From Candidatus Latescibacterota bacterium (GTDB lineage Bacteria > Latescibacterota > UBA2968 > UBA8231), in contig OZ252098.1 of NCBI GenBank assembly GCA_965248355.1, positions 3,456,001 through 3,520,000 of the forward strand: DNA of 64,000 bases. Reading direction: 5' to 3'. A program made the translations under genes and the position numbers. Positions within the stretch are counted from its first letter, which is position 1, and each line of letters opens with the position of its first letter. The notes beneath the pieces were generated by a model. It saw only the letters and a list, made by a program, of their open reading frames with translations, did not search any database and was not told the origin of the DNA. This document shows, piece after piece, positions 31,063 to 40,541 of this stretch.

Positions 31063-32378
31063 CGGCCGCAGCGTCCTGCTGCTGATCGCCGACGACTGGA
31101 GCCCGCTGGCCGGCTGCTACGGCAGTCCCGTCATCCGCACTCCCCACGTGGACGCCCTGGCCGGCCGCGCCACGCGCTTCACCAACGCCTTCTGCACCTC
31201 GCCGTCGTGCGCGGCCAGCCGCGCCAACATCCTCACCGGCCACTACAGCCACACCCACGGCCAGTACGGGCATTCGCACGCGGTGCACAACTTCCACACC
31301 GCCGCCTCCATGCCGTCGATCCCGAAGCGGCTCGGCGCGGCCGGATACGCCACCGGCATCATCGGCAAGCTGCACACCCAGCCGGCGAGCGTGTACCCCT
31401 GGACCCACGACCTGCAGCAAGTGCCCGGCGGAGGGCGCAACGTCACCGCCATGGCGGACCAGGCCGCCGGCTTCCTGGCCGACATCGGGCGGCAGCCCTT
31501 CTACCTGCACATGGGCTTCGCCGATCCGCACCGCGACTTCGGCAACCGCCGGAGCTACGAAGGCGTCGAGGAGACCCGCTACGATCCGGCGGAGGTGCCG
31601 GTCCCCGACTTCCTGCCCGATCACCCGGAGGTGCGGGCCGAGCTGGCCGAGTACTACCAGGCGATCTCGCGGCTGGATTTCGGCTTCGGGCTGGCGATGC
31701 AGGCCCTGGAGGCGGCCGGCCGCGCCGACGAGACGATGGTCATCGTCATGAGCGACCACGGCATGCCCTTCCCCGGCGCCAAGGCCTCCTCCTTCGACTC
31801 CGGCCACCACGGCCCGCTGCTGATCGCGCGCCCAGGGGCCCGGCCGGTCGAGTGCGACGCCCTCGTCAACTGGTCCAGCATCGCCCCTACCGTCTTCGAC
31901 TGGTGCGGGGTGGAGCCTCCCGGCGGCCTGCCGAAGCGCTCGCTGATGCCGATCCTCGACCAGGGGCACCCGCCGGGATGGGATGAGACGTTCTTCTCCC
32001 ACACCTTCCACGAGGTGACCAACTACTACCCGTACCGCGGCCTTCGGGGGCGCCGCTACGTACGTGCGCAACCTCTACCCCGAGCTGACGCGGCCCCTGC
32101 CCAGCGACCTGTGGGCCTCCCCCACGTGGAAGGCCGTCGAGGGCGAAGGGATGGAGATGATGGGGAAGCGCCCGACGCAGGCCTTCCTGCACCAGCCGGC
32201 CGAGGCGCTCTTCGACCTCGAGGCGGACCCCGAGGAGTCGACGAACCTCATCGACGAGCCGGCCCTGCAGCCGGTGGCCGGGGAGATGCGGAACAAGGTG
32301 AAGGAGTTCCGGGTACGGACGCGGGATCCGTGGGTGCTGGCCTCGCGGCAGATGGGGGAGACGGGGCTGGAGGGCTGA
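31055..32378 (+). CDS. Sulfatase, N-sulfoglucosamine sulfohydrolase (SGSH)-like; frameshift at ~32060
   Basis: 'LLIADD', 'CAASRANILTG' formylglycine motif, 'GKLH', 'DPHR', 'SDHGMPFP', 'HTFHEVTNYYPYR'. Restoring tac[aa]gtacgtg gives RRYKYVRNLYPE and joins ORF 32064-32378. Confidence 0.8.
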
Positions 32379-32403
32379 CAGCCCCGGGGGATCCGGCGGC
32401 CCC

Positions 32404-33312
32404 TCAGGGCTGGTAGGGTGTGCCCGTTCGCCGCAGTCTTTTTGTGATGGCCAGCTGCACCGTGCAGTAGTCGCCGATGTACTCGGTGGCGAACCCGGGC
32501 CGCGCGTCGGCGATCGTACCGACGATCATGTTGGCGTACTCGTAGGTCGTGTCGTAGCGGTCGATGATGAGGGCCACCATCTCGATCCAGGCCTTCTTCA
32601 GCGCCTCCCCCCAGTTCGGTCCGATGCCGCCCGTGAGCCACTCCTCCGCCTCTTCCACGTGGCGCGTCTTCTCCACCACGGGGCTGGCGTTCGGGAAGCC
32701 GGGGGAGCGGTCGACGCGGATGGTCACCGCCGCGTCGATCTCCACCCCGGCGGCGGTCAGCTCGCCCTCGCCCATGCGGGCATGGGTGTCCCCCATCGAC
32801 AGGTAGGCCCCCGGCTTCTGGGCGCGGATGTGGACGGTGCTGCCCGGCTGGATGGAGTTGAAGTCCATGTTGCCGCCGTGGTCGATGGGATGGGGGGCCA
32901 CCGACGCCAGCTGGATGACGCCGACCATGGGCCGCACGGGCACCACGAAGTCCGGCGGGAAGTGGATGAGGCCGTCCCGCACCGGGGCCACCGCCCGCCA
33001 GTAGCCCCAGTGGGGGCCGGCGTTCCGGTAGAACCCGTAGGGCCCGCACTCCATGTCGAGGATCTCGATGGCGACCCAGTCGTCGGGCTCGATGCCCTCG
33101 ATGATGAAAGGCCCGCCGTGGCGGGAGTGCCGCGGCGTGTCGGCGGCCACGATCATGCCGGCGCGGGTCTCGCCGGCGGCCTCGTAATCGTGGTCGGCGC
33201 CGCCGACGGTCTCGACGACTACCGTCTCGCCCAGTTCCAGGGTGCCGCGGGGCTGACCGCGCTCGGGGTCGTCAGGTCCGGAGTAGCAGGGGGTTCGGGT
33301 GAAGCTTCGCAT
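32404..33312 (-). CDS. Acetamidase/formamidase family protein
   Basis: 'GPFIIEGIEPDD', 'RPMVGVI', 'HGGNMD', 'LSMGDTHARMGEGE'. Confidence 0.88.
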   Translation of the reverse strand: MRSFTRTPCYSGPDDPERGQPRGTLELGETVVVETVGGADHDYEAAGETRAGMIVAADTPRHSRHGGPFIIEGIEPDDWVAIEILDMECGPYGFYRNAGPHWGYWRAVAPVRDGLIHFPPDFVVPVRPMVGVIQLASVAPHPIDHGGNMDFNSIQPGSTVHIRAQKPGAYLSMGDTHARMGEGELTAAGVEIDAAVTIRVDRSPGFPNASPVVEKTRHVEEAEEWLTGGIGPNWGEALKKAWIEMVALIIDRYDTTYEYANMIVGTIADARPGFATEYIGDYCTVQLAITKRLRRTGTPYQP

Positions 33313-33343
33313 GTGCTTATCCTGTGTGAGAGGTCAGGTCATC

Positions 33344-34837
33344 ATGCAACCTCAACCGACGCCCTTCCTCGACTGGTACGGCATCTGGCCCTCCCACCGC
33401 AAGCTCGAGGAGGACGGCACCGTCTGGTCGCAGGACCCGCCCCGGGGCATCGAGCTGACCCCCGAGTTGGCGCGCAAGTCCGAGGTCTTCTTCCACAAGG
33501 AGCGCCCCTGGGAGCAGGGAGCCAACCTCCACGTCAACGCCATGCTCCACACCGAAGGGCGCTACCGCCTCTGGTACGGAGTCCAGCGCCTGGAGGACCT
33601 GGCGCGCTCCTATGTCTGCTACGCCGAGAGCGACGACGGCTTCGCCTGGCGGCGGCCGGAGCTGGGACTGTGCGAGTACGAAGGCTCCACCCGCAACAAC
33701 ATCATCAGCGCCGGTCTCGACCATCCCCTCGGCTGGGTCTTCATCGACCCTGCCGCCCCGCCCGCCGAGCGCTACAAGGCCGTCGGCCCGGGGGCGCGCT
33801 ACTTCCGCGGCGGCCGGCCCGACCCGGAGATGGACGCCGCGCGCTTCAAGGCCCTGCTGGCGGCCCGGGACCTGGGGGATGTGTCGGCCGGAGAAAAGGC
33901 CCGGGGCATCGAGATCCGGCAGCAGCTCCTGGGCGCGACCTCCCCCGACGGCATCCACTGGCACAACCTCGGCGCCCCCGTCTTCGATGCCGGCGCGACC
34001 CAGCTGGATACCCACAACCTCTGCGTCTACGATCCCCACCAGGGGCAGTACGTGGCCTACCTGCGCGGCCATCTCGACCGCCGGCGCCTGGTGCGCCGCG
34101 TCTCGGGCCCGCGCTTCGAGTCCCTCGCCGAGCCGCGCCCCTGCCTCTTGCCCGACCCCCTGGACGCGCTTGACGACGACCTCTACAACCCCTGCTACAC
34201 GCCGTACCCCGGCACCCGGCCGCGCTACCTGATGTTCCCGTCGGTATACCATCGAATCGCTTCTACGGTCGATGTCCAGCTCGCGGTCAGCCGCGACAGC
34301 CACCAATGGATCCGGCCCTTTCGCCAGCCCATCGTCGACCGCGCCTATGAGGGGGGAACGTACGGCCAGCTCTACGCCAGCCCGAATCTCATCGCCGCCA
34401 ACAGCATCTGGCGGCTGCCTTTCAGGGGCTATCAACGCCGCCACGACTTCCTCCGCCGCGGCGCCACCTACCCCGAGGACGGGGAGTTCCGCTGGGCGTG
34501 CTGGGACCCGGACCGGCTCGCGGGGATAGAGGCCAGAGGCGAGGGGCGGGTCACGCTCATCGAGCGGCCGTGCTGCGGCCGCCAGCTGCTGCTCAACTTT
34601 CGCACCGCCCCGGACGGCTGGATCAAGGTCGAAATCGTCCGGACCATTCACACGCCTCCCCGGCCCGTAGAAGCTCACCCCGGCTTCTCCCTCGACGAGG
34701 CCGATCCCCTCACGGGCGATTCCATCTCCGAGGCGGCGCGCTGGCGGGGCCGGTCCGACCTGGCAGTCCTGGCGGGCGAGTCCGTCGGCCTCCGCTTTCA
34801 CCTCTACAAGGCCAAGCTGTTCTCGGTGTCGATCTGA
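33344..34837 (+). CDS. Uncharacterised glycoside-hydrolase-like beta-propeller protein
   Basis: 'YAESDDGFAWRRPELGL', 'SPDGIHW', 'DTHN', 'VQLAVSRD', C-terminal 'GWIKVEI...LRFHLYKAKLFS'; paralog of 14503-15981. Confidence 0.75.
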   Translation: MQPQPTPFLDWYGIWPSHRKLEEDGTVWSQDPPRGIELTPELARKSEVFFHKERPWEQGANLHVNAMLHTEGRYRLWYGVQRLEDLARSYVCYAESDDGFAWRRPELGLCEYEGSTRNNIISAGLDHPLGWVFIDPAAPPAERYKAVGPGARYFRGGRPDPEMDAARFKALLAARDLGDVSAGEKARGIEIRQQLLGATSPDGIHWHNLGAPVFDAGATQLDTHNLCVYDPHQGQYVAYLRGHLDRRRLVRRVSGPRFESLAEPRPCLLPDPLDALDDDLYNPCYTPYPGTRPRYLMFPSVYHRIASTVDVQLAVSRDSHQWIRPFRQPIVDRAYEGGTYGQLYASPNLIAANSIWRLPFRGYQRRHDFLRRGATYPEDGEFRWACWDPDRLAGIEARGEGRVTLIERPCCGRQLLLNFRTAPDGWIKVEIVRTIHTPPRPVEAHPGFSLDEADPLTGDSISEAARWRGRSDLAVLAGESVGLRFHLYKAKLFSVSI

Positions 34838-34859
34838 GACGGCCGTCCCGCCGCTCTCC

Positions 34860-35093
34860 CTACGGAGCGTACGGATCCTCCGCATCGAGGATCTTGCGCA
34901 GGGTCTCGTCGTCACCGAAGCGGTTGATCTCGTCCTCGTAGTTGCTGTTCTCCGTGCGCACCTGCTTGACGTGCCAGAGGATCCACAGGGCCACGCCGAC
35001 CACGACCATCAGGCCTTCCAGACCCACGAAGGGATAGAGGGGGCCGATCTCGGAGATGTTGCCGCCCCAGCTCTCGATGTTTCCAGTAGCCAT
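34860..35093 (-). CDS. Small single-TM membrane protein downstream of the ammonium transporter
   Basis: 77 aa, 'IGPLYPFVGLEGLMVVVGVALWILWH'; RBS AGGAGAG. Confidence 0.75.
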   Translation of the reverse strand: MATGNIESWGGNISEIGPLYPFVGLEGLMVVVGVALWILWHVKQVRTENSNYEDEINRFGDDETLRKILDAEDPYAP

Positions 35094-35127
35094 GACTCTC
35101 TCCTGTGCGTTCCGAAGCGGTTTCGGT

Positions 35128-36495
35128 TCAGGCCTTGCCGAGCTCCTCGCGCTCAGCGTCGATGATGCCCTGCTCCTCCTGGGCCCGGTCGTAGGCGTTG
35201 GCGTAGTCGAGACCGGCCAGCTCGATCTGGCGCGGGATGCGGAGGATCCCCGCGCGGTTGAGGATCTTCGCGGCGATCCAGCCGGGGATGAAGCCCAGCA
35301 CCAGGAACATGATCACGGCGCCGGCGATCTGCCCGAGGGGATTGATGCTGGCGAAGCTCGCGTCCGGCGAGGAGGGATAGCCCCAGAGCACGAACCCGCA
35401 AATGACGACGCCGAAGAAGCCGGCGTACCCGTGCACGGCCACGGCGCCCACCGCGTCGTCGATCTTGAAGCGGCGCTCCACGAAGTAGTGGACCTTGTAC
35501 ATGAACAGGACGCCCAGGGCGGCGATGATCATGGCCTGCACCGGGTGGTAGAGATCGTTGCCCGCCGAGGCGGCGATGATCCCGGCCAGACCCGAGGAAT
35601 AGGTCCAGTAGGCGTCTCCCCTGGAAATGATGTAGCCGGCCAGCAGCCCGCCGGAGAGAGCCATGAGGAAGTTCACGGTGATCGCCGACAGGGTCGTGGG
35701 CGCCAGGTAGATGTTGGTGGCCGAGAAGAAGGTGCCGTCGCCGCTCTGCACGTCCCACATGGGCACGTTGCAGGCCACGTAGAACCCCCAGAAGCCGGTG
35801 TAGATCAGGAACAGGCCGATCGTCACCAGCCACGGGTTGCGGGGATTCAGGCTCCGCGGGGTGCCGTCGGCGGCGAACTTGCCGATGCGCGGACCCAGGA
35901 CCACCAGCACGCCGAGGGCGAAGCCCCCGGCGATGGCGTGGATCACGCCCGAGGCATAGGCGTCATGGTAGCCGAGGATCTTCACCATCCAGCCTTCGGC
36001 GTGCCAGCCCCAGGCCGCGTCGATGACCCAGAACACGGACCCGATCAGGATCGCCAGGATCCAGAAGGCCGAGGAGCGGATCCGCTCGATCACCGACCCT
36101 GAGACGATGGAGGCCGCCGTCCACGAGAACAGGAGGAAGGCCGCCCAGAACACCCCGTTGATCCGCGCCCAGCCGTCCGGATCTCCCGCGCCCCCCATGT
36201 GGGGCCCCATGAGCTGGCTCCAGGCCACCGCGTGGGGCGCTTCCACCAGCCCGCCGGTGATGCCCGGGCCGTTGGGGAGGGCGAAGTAGATCCACCACCC
36301 GAAGAAGAAGAAGGTGATCGTCACCAGCGGGATCAGCATCGTGTTCTTCATGAGGGTGTGCATGTGGTTCTTGTGCCGCGAGACCCCCACCTCGTACATG
36401 CAGAAGCCCACGTGGATGAAGAACATGAGCACCACCGTGATCCAGTAGTAGAACTCGGTGAAGATGACGCTGAGGGAACCCAGCTCGGTGGTCAT
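35128..36495 (-). CDS. amt: Ammonium transporter (Amt family)
   Basis: Multi-TM; 'IVSGSVIER', 'SGVIHAIAG', 'LGPRIGKF', 'IDDAVGAVAVHG' (twin His retained). Confidence 0.93.
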   Translation of the reverse strand: MTTELGSLSVIFTEFYYWITVVLMFFIHVGFCMYEVGVSRHKNHMHTLMKNTMLIPLVTITFFFFGWWIYFALPNGPGITGGLVEAPHAVAWSQLMGPHMGGAGDPDGWARINGVFWAAFLLFSWTAASIVSGSVIERIRSSAFWILAILIGSVFWVIDAAWGWHAEGWMVKILGYHDAYASGVIHAIAGGFALGVLVVLGPRIGKFAADGTPRSLNPRNPWLVTIGLFLIYTGFWGFYVACNVPMWDVQSGDGTFFSATNIYLAPTTLSAITVNFLMALSGGLLAGYIISRGDAYWTYSSGLAGIIAASAGNDLYHPVQAMIIAALGVLFMYKVHYFVERRFKIDDAVGAVAVHGYAGFFGVVICGFVLWGYPSSPDASFASINPLGQIAGAVIMFLVLGFIPGWIAAKILNRAGILRIPRQIELAGLDYANAYDRAQEEQGIIDAEREELGKA

Positions 36496-36697
36496 GCTCT
36501 TCCTCCGTGTTGCCTGGGGATGCTGCTTACCCGGTTGCGGGCAATAAACGGCGGGAGGGGCGGGGGGATCAAGAGGAAAGTGGCACGAGGGTCCGGCAGG
36601 GGGTCAGAAGGGCACGTTGCCCCCCCCAACGGAGAAGACCCGGTTGCTCCGACAAGGGGTCCCGGTCCTCCTTCAGCACCTGCCTCAATCCTTGGGC

Positions 36698-37402
36698 CTA
36701 GCCATTCGGCCCGGGAGGCGTTCCAGCAAGTTCCAGCCAGCGCCGGAAGTGCGGGCATGCGGACCGAATCGCGTCGAGCCCGACTTGGATAGAGGCCAAG
36801 CTACCCATCAACGGCTTTTGATACCCGGGCACAAGCTCGGCCACGCGCTTCGAAGGTGCAGTGTCCGGCGAGTCATCGATTTCTTCCGGACTGGCGAATT
36901 GGTCTCGAATCTCCTGGAACCTATGTGTCAGTTCGGGGCGCCCGATTCCTTGGCCGAATCGGTCACAATCACTGAATAGCAGGGCTTCGAACTCGTGCAT
37001 TGCCACATACGCTATGAATCGCTTCTGATCGAAGTCCGAGCCCATTTCAAAGGCGATGTCCTTCGAGAGCGCATCTTCGACTGTGGACGCTCTCTCCGAT
37101 GAAGATCCGTGCCTGGTAGCTTGCAGGCGCCCAGGCCATGCCCTTGGACCAGTTTCCGGCATCCCGTAGTAGTCCACCATTGTGGTGGCAAGGCACCCTG
37201 GATCTTCCTTCAGGTGATTTGCGATCTCCCTTCGCACCGTGCTCCACGCCCTGGCTCCGCCACGCCGGTCCCGCTGGCGAGCGTTTCCAACCAGACGTGC
37301 GCCGACTCTGGAAAACCCATGACCATAGAGATGCGGCGCCAGCAGTTCGTTGACGAATTGCTCTTCGGTCTGGCCCTCGACATGGACAAGCAGCCGGTTC
37401 AC
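36698..37402 (-). CDS. DUF4276 family protein (TOPRIM-like partner of AAA ATPase)
   Basis: GTG 37402 overlaps the ATPase stop (GTGA); 'LVHVEGQTEEQFV', 'TTMVDYYG', 'MHEFEALLFSD', 'PEEIDDSPDTAPSKR', 'CPHFRRWL'. Confidence 0.85.
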   Translation of the reverse strand: MNRLLVHVEGQTEEQFVNELLAPHLYGHGFSRVGARLVGNARQRDRRGGARAWSTVRREIANHLKEDPGCLATTMVDYYGMPETGPRAWPGRLQATRHGSSSERASTVEDALSKDIAFEMGSDFDQKRFIAYVAMHEFEALLFSDCDRFGQGIGRPELTHRFQEIRDQFASPEEIDDSPDTAPSKRVAELVPGYQKPLMGSLASIQVGLDAIRSACPHFRRWLELAGTPPGPNG

Positions 37403-38932
37403 GGTGAGAATCCACGGTTGTCCTCCTGCGAAGGACGTCCGCCGATTTCGTTCTTTTCCCAAAGCTGACCCAGGCTGTACTCCTCCAACCAGGCTGCGAG
37501 GTTCTCGCCGTCCAGCCTTCGGAGCGTCGTTGCCCCCTCCACTCGGTCGGCCACGATCACGTCTTCTGGCTCGAAATGATCCAGCAGCACCGGCGACTGC
37601 GTCGCGACGATGATCTGCGATTCCACGGACGCCTGCTTCAGCATGGAAGCCAGCAGAGTGATGGCAAAAGGATGCAGTCCCAGCTCCGGTTCATCCAGAA
37701 GAACTACGGAAGGCCGAAGCGAAGCCGGCTGAAGCAGGAGAGTGGTCAAGGCGATGAACCTCAGCGTGCCGTCGGACAGGGATGACGCGTCGAAGTAGGC
37801 GTCCGATCCGGAATGCCGCCATTCGAGACGGATCGTGGCTTCGTTCAGAGCCTGAGGTTCAAGGGCGAAGTCATCAAGGAAGGGCGCCGCCAATTGAACG
37901 GTGCGAAGGATCTGCGTGTAGGATCCGCCATGCTTCTCTCTGAGAAGAAACAAGAACGCAGCGAGATTCGAACCGTCAGGGCGAAGGTACCGATTGTCAT
38001 TCACCTCGGCGGTCGCTTTCATCGGCGACGCAGAGCCGGTGTCGTGAAAGTGGTAAAGCTGCAAACCTTCGATGAGTCGGCGAACGTGCTCCGGCGGTAG
38101 AGGATAACTCCCTGAATCGTCCCAATTCACTTGCCCTGTTTTCTCGCCAGGGAGACCAGACGGATGGTAGCCCATGATACCCACAAAGAGCCCATCGGAA
38201 TCGTTTCTGCCCAATTCGATTGCATACCCGGCCCTGTCTTCGTCAAAGGAGACTTGCATCTCGAGTTTTGAGGTCGGGCAAGTCCCATTCTCAGTTGAAA
38301 CGTAGCCCAGGCTCGAGTGGATGAGTCAGCCCGTCATCGCGAGCTGCTGGATGCCGAGTTCGGCTTGGAGCGCTTGCCGGAGCATCGGCAGGTGGTGGTA
38401 GCCGTTGACCCGGCGGAGGCGAGGTTCGATGTCAAGCAACGCCGTGGCGACCCAGCGGTGACGCTGCGACGAGTTGGTCCAGCGCCGCACGTTGTGCGTC
38501 AACTGCTCCAGGAGACTGTTGACGTTCTCGATACAGTTGGTGGTACGGAAGGAGGCCTTCAGCATCGGCATCAGGCCCAGGCGGTGGAGCGTGAGGGTTT
38601 CTTCCTGGCCTTCCTCCAAGCTGCGCAGGGCCGACTGGTTCATCAACTGCAACCCCGGTTTCAGCGCCTCCAGGGCGGCTTGGGCCTCCTCGTACGTCGA
38701 GTGCCCATACGCCGCTTCCAGCTTTCGACGAAGGCCGGCCTGCTCGCTCTTGGGCAGGTACGAGACCACGTTCTGGCGCTTGTGATACTGGCATCGCTGC
38801 ACGCAGGCATGGCCTTGAAGCACCGACCGCACCGCCTTGTACACCCTCTGGTTGCATAAGAACAGGGCTTTTTCCTCCTCCGAACGGCCCATTGTCACTT
38901 GCGGCGCCCTCTGAAAAAGGGGTATTTGATAC

Positions 38933-40488
38933 GGGTGTAGCCTCGGTTTTACGCAGCCGTCTTGTCGGTCTGTTGTGTAGTCTGATGGAGGTACCAGTTC
39001 CAGAAGGCCTCCCATCGTTGGGATTGCACGTGGACTCGTAGATTGAGGATCTGCTGGCCTCCTTGGCGGGTCCAGCGCATGCCGCTGCGTTTGAGTCGAT
39101 GGCCGACCAGGGTCTTGGCGGCGGCCTCCACGGGACCACTGGAGAGGATCAACCCCGAAGCGCGATAGCGCGCGTAGTCCATCTTGTCCCGGTTGTTCCG
39201 GAAGTAGCCCAGCTCGGTGGTCACCTGACGATGGCGTTGGGAGCCGGGACGAAGGTTGCGGCGGTGGTAGGCCAGGGAGCGGATCAGGCCCTGAACGGCC
39301 CCGGGCTCATGACGCAGTTTGTGCCGCCAGGATCGGTACCAGCGAGCCGCTTTCGACGACCGCTTGCCGAAGAGGGGCTCGGCGGCCTTTGACAGGTGGT
39401 GGGCCGCGTGATAGAAGTCGAGAATCCGGGTGAAGCCGTCGAACACCGGCTGCCGATCCACGCTGCGCCAGATCTGGCGCTGGCCGTCGGCCAACACCAC
39501 CCGGTGGTCATACTCCCCCCGCTGCAGGGCCCGGGCCGTCTCCTCCACCAAGCCGTGGACCAGGGTCTTCATCTTGGGCTCCGGCATGCGCGCGGCGTAG
39601 CGCACATCGACGCGTTGGGGGTCTTCCGTCGCCGGGTCCAGCGGCGTCCCATACGTGGCGACCATCCCTACCCCGGCCTCCTTCCAGGCGGTGGGCGCGC
39701 GGTCGGGGTCGGGATCCGTCGGTCGTTCGGCGGGCCGTCCGCGTTTCGGCGCCGGCTCCCGCAGCGGCACGGTGACGCCGTCCCAACTGACCACCAGGGT
39801 GTCGCCCTCGGTCTTTAGGGGCGCCGCCTCCTGCAAGGCCAGCTCGAGTTGCTCGGCGTGGTCCTCGGCGTACTGACCGACGGTGGTCAACAGATGCTGA
39901 ATGGCGGTGCGCGACGGGGACGCCGGCAACAGCTCGGCCAAGCTGGCCTCGACTTCGGCCGGGACCAGGCGGGCGCCCAGAAAGGCCGTGAAACGCTCCA
40001 GCGCCGGCACCATGAATCGGTGGACCATGCCGCAGCGCTCATCCAAGGGCACCCGGCTGGGGCCGCCCCGATCGGGCTGATACAGCCGACGCGGCACCTG
40101 GACCTTGCCCCACAGGGTCATCCATTCCTTGTGGACCACTTGCTTGAACCGGTAGACCCGACCGTGGTGGACCACGGTGTCGTCGGCGATCTCGCACGCC
40201 TGCGCCAGCCGTTGGAAACCGATTCGACCGAGGTCGTCCAAAGCATCTCGCAACTCGCTCACCCTCTCGCGAAAGTCCTCCGGGCCGGCCTCCGGGGATT
40301 GCGGGCGATGCTCCCACTGGAGGACATTTTCCTCGAACTTTGTCAGGCGAGCGTGAAAATCCTTCGTATCTTCCATCAGGGACCCCTTTCCGGGTTTGGG
40401 CGTAAGTCCTTACACCCAAAGATACATTCGTGCCCGGACTTGGGGTCCCCCTTTTATCGACAATCTGCGTAAAGTGAAGGCTACACCC
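38933..40488 (-). mobile_element. ISKra4-like insertion sequence (innermost; 1556 bp)
   Basis: 24-bp TIRs GGGTGTAGCCTCGGTTTTACGCAG / GGGTGTAGCCTTCACTTTACGCAG; 8-bp TSD TTTGATAC at 38925-38932 and 40489-40496. Confidence 0.9.
38949..40376 (-). CDS. ISKra4-family (UPF0236-like) DDE transposase
   Basis: 'VSWDGVTVP', 'LADGQRQIW', 'LDFYHAAHHL', 'SGPVEAA.K..VGHRLKRSGMRW'; stop codon lies inside the TIR. Confidence 0.88.
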   Translation of the reverse strand: MEDTKDFHARLTKFEENVLQWEHRPQSPEAGPEDFRERVSELRDALDDLGRIGFQRLAQACEIADDTVVHHGRVYRFKQVVHKEWMTLWGKVQVPRRLYQPDRGGPSRVPLDERCGMVHRFMVPALERFTAFLGARLVPAEVEASLAELLPASPSRTAIQHLLTTVGQYAEDHAEQLELALQEAAPLKTEGDTLVVSWDGVTVPLREPAPKRGRPAERPTDPDPDRAPTAWKEAGVGMVATYGTPLDPATEDPQRVDVRYAARMPEPKMKTLVHGLVEETARALQRGEYDHRVVLADGQRQIWRSVDRQPVFDGFTRILDFYHAAHHLSKAAEPLFGKRSSKAARWYRSWRHKLRHEPGAVQGLIRSLAYHRRNLRPGSQRHRQVTTELGYFRNNRDKMDYARYRASGLILSSGPVEAAAKTLVGHRLKRSGMRWTRQGGQQILNLRVHVQSQRWEAFWNWYLHQTTQQTDKTAA

Positions 40489-40541
40489 TTTGATACTGTC
40501 GACCAAGACATGTATCGACCCCTTTCAGAAGGACACCGCAA

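Noticed and set aside
36496..36697. Sigma-54 promoter for amt (TGGCACG at ~36581)
   Set aside because: Wrong strand for amt and no TTGC -12 element.
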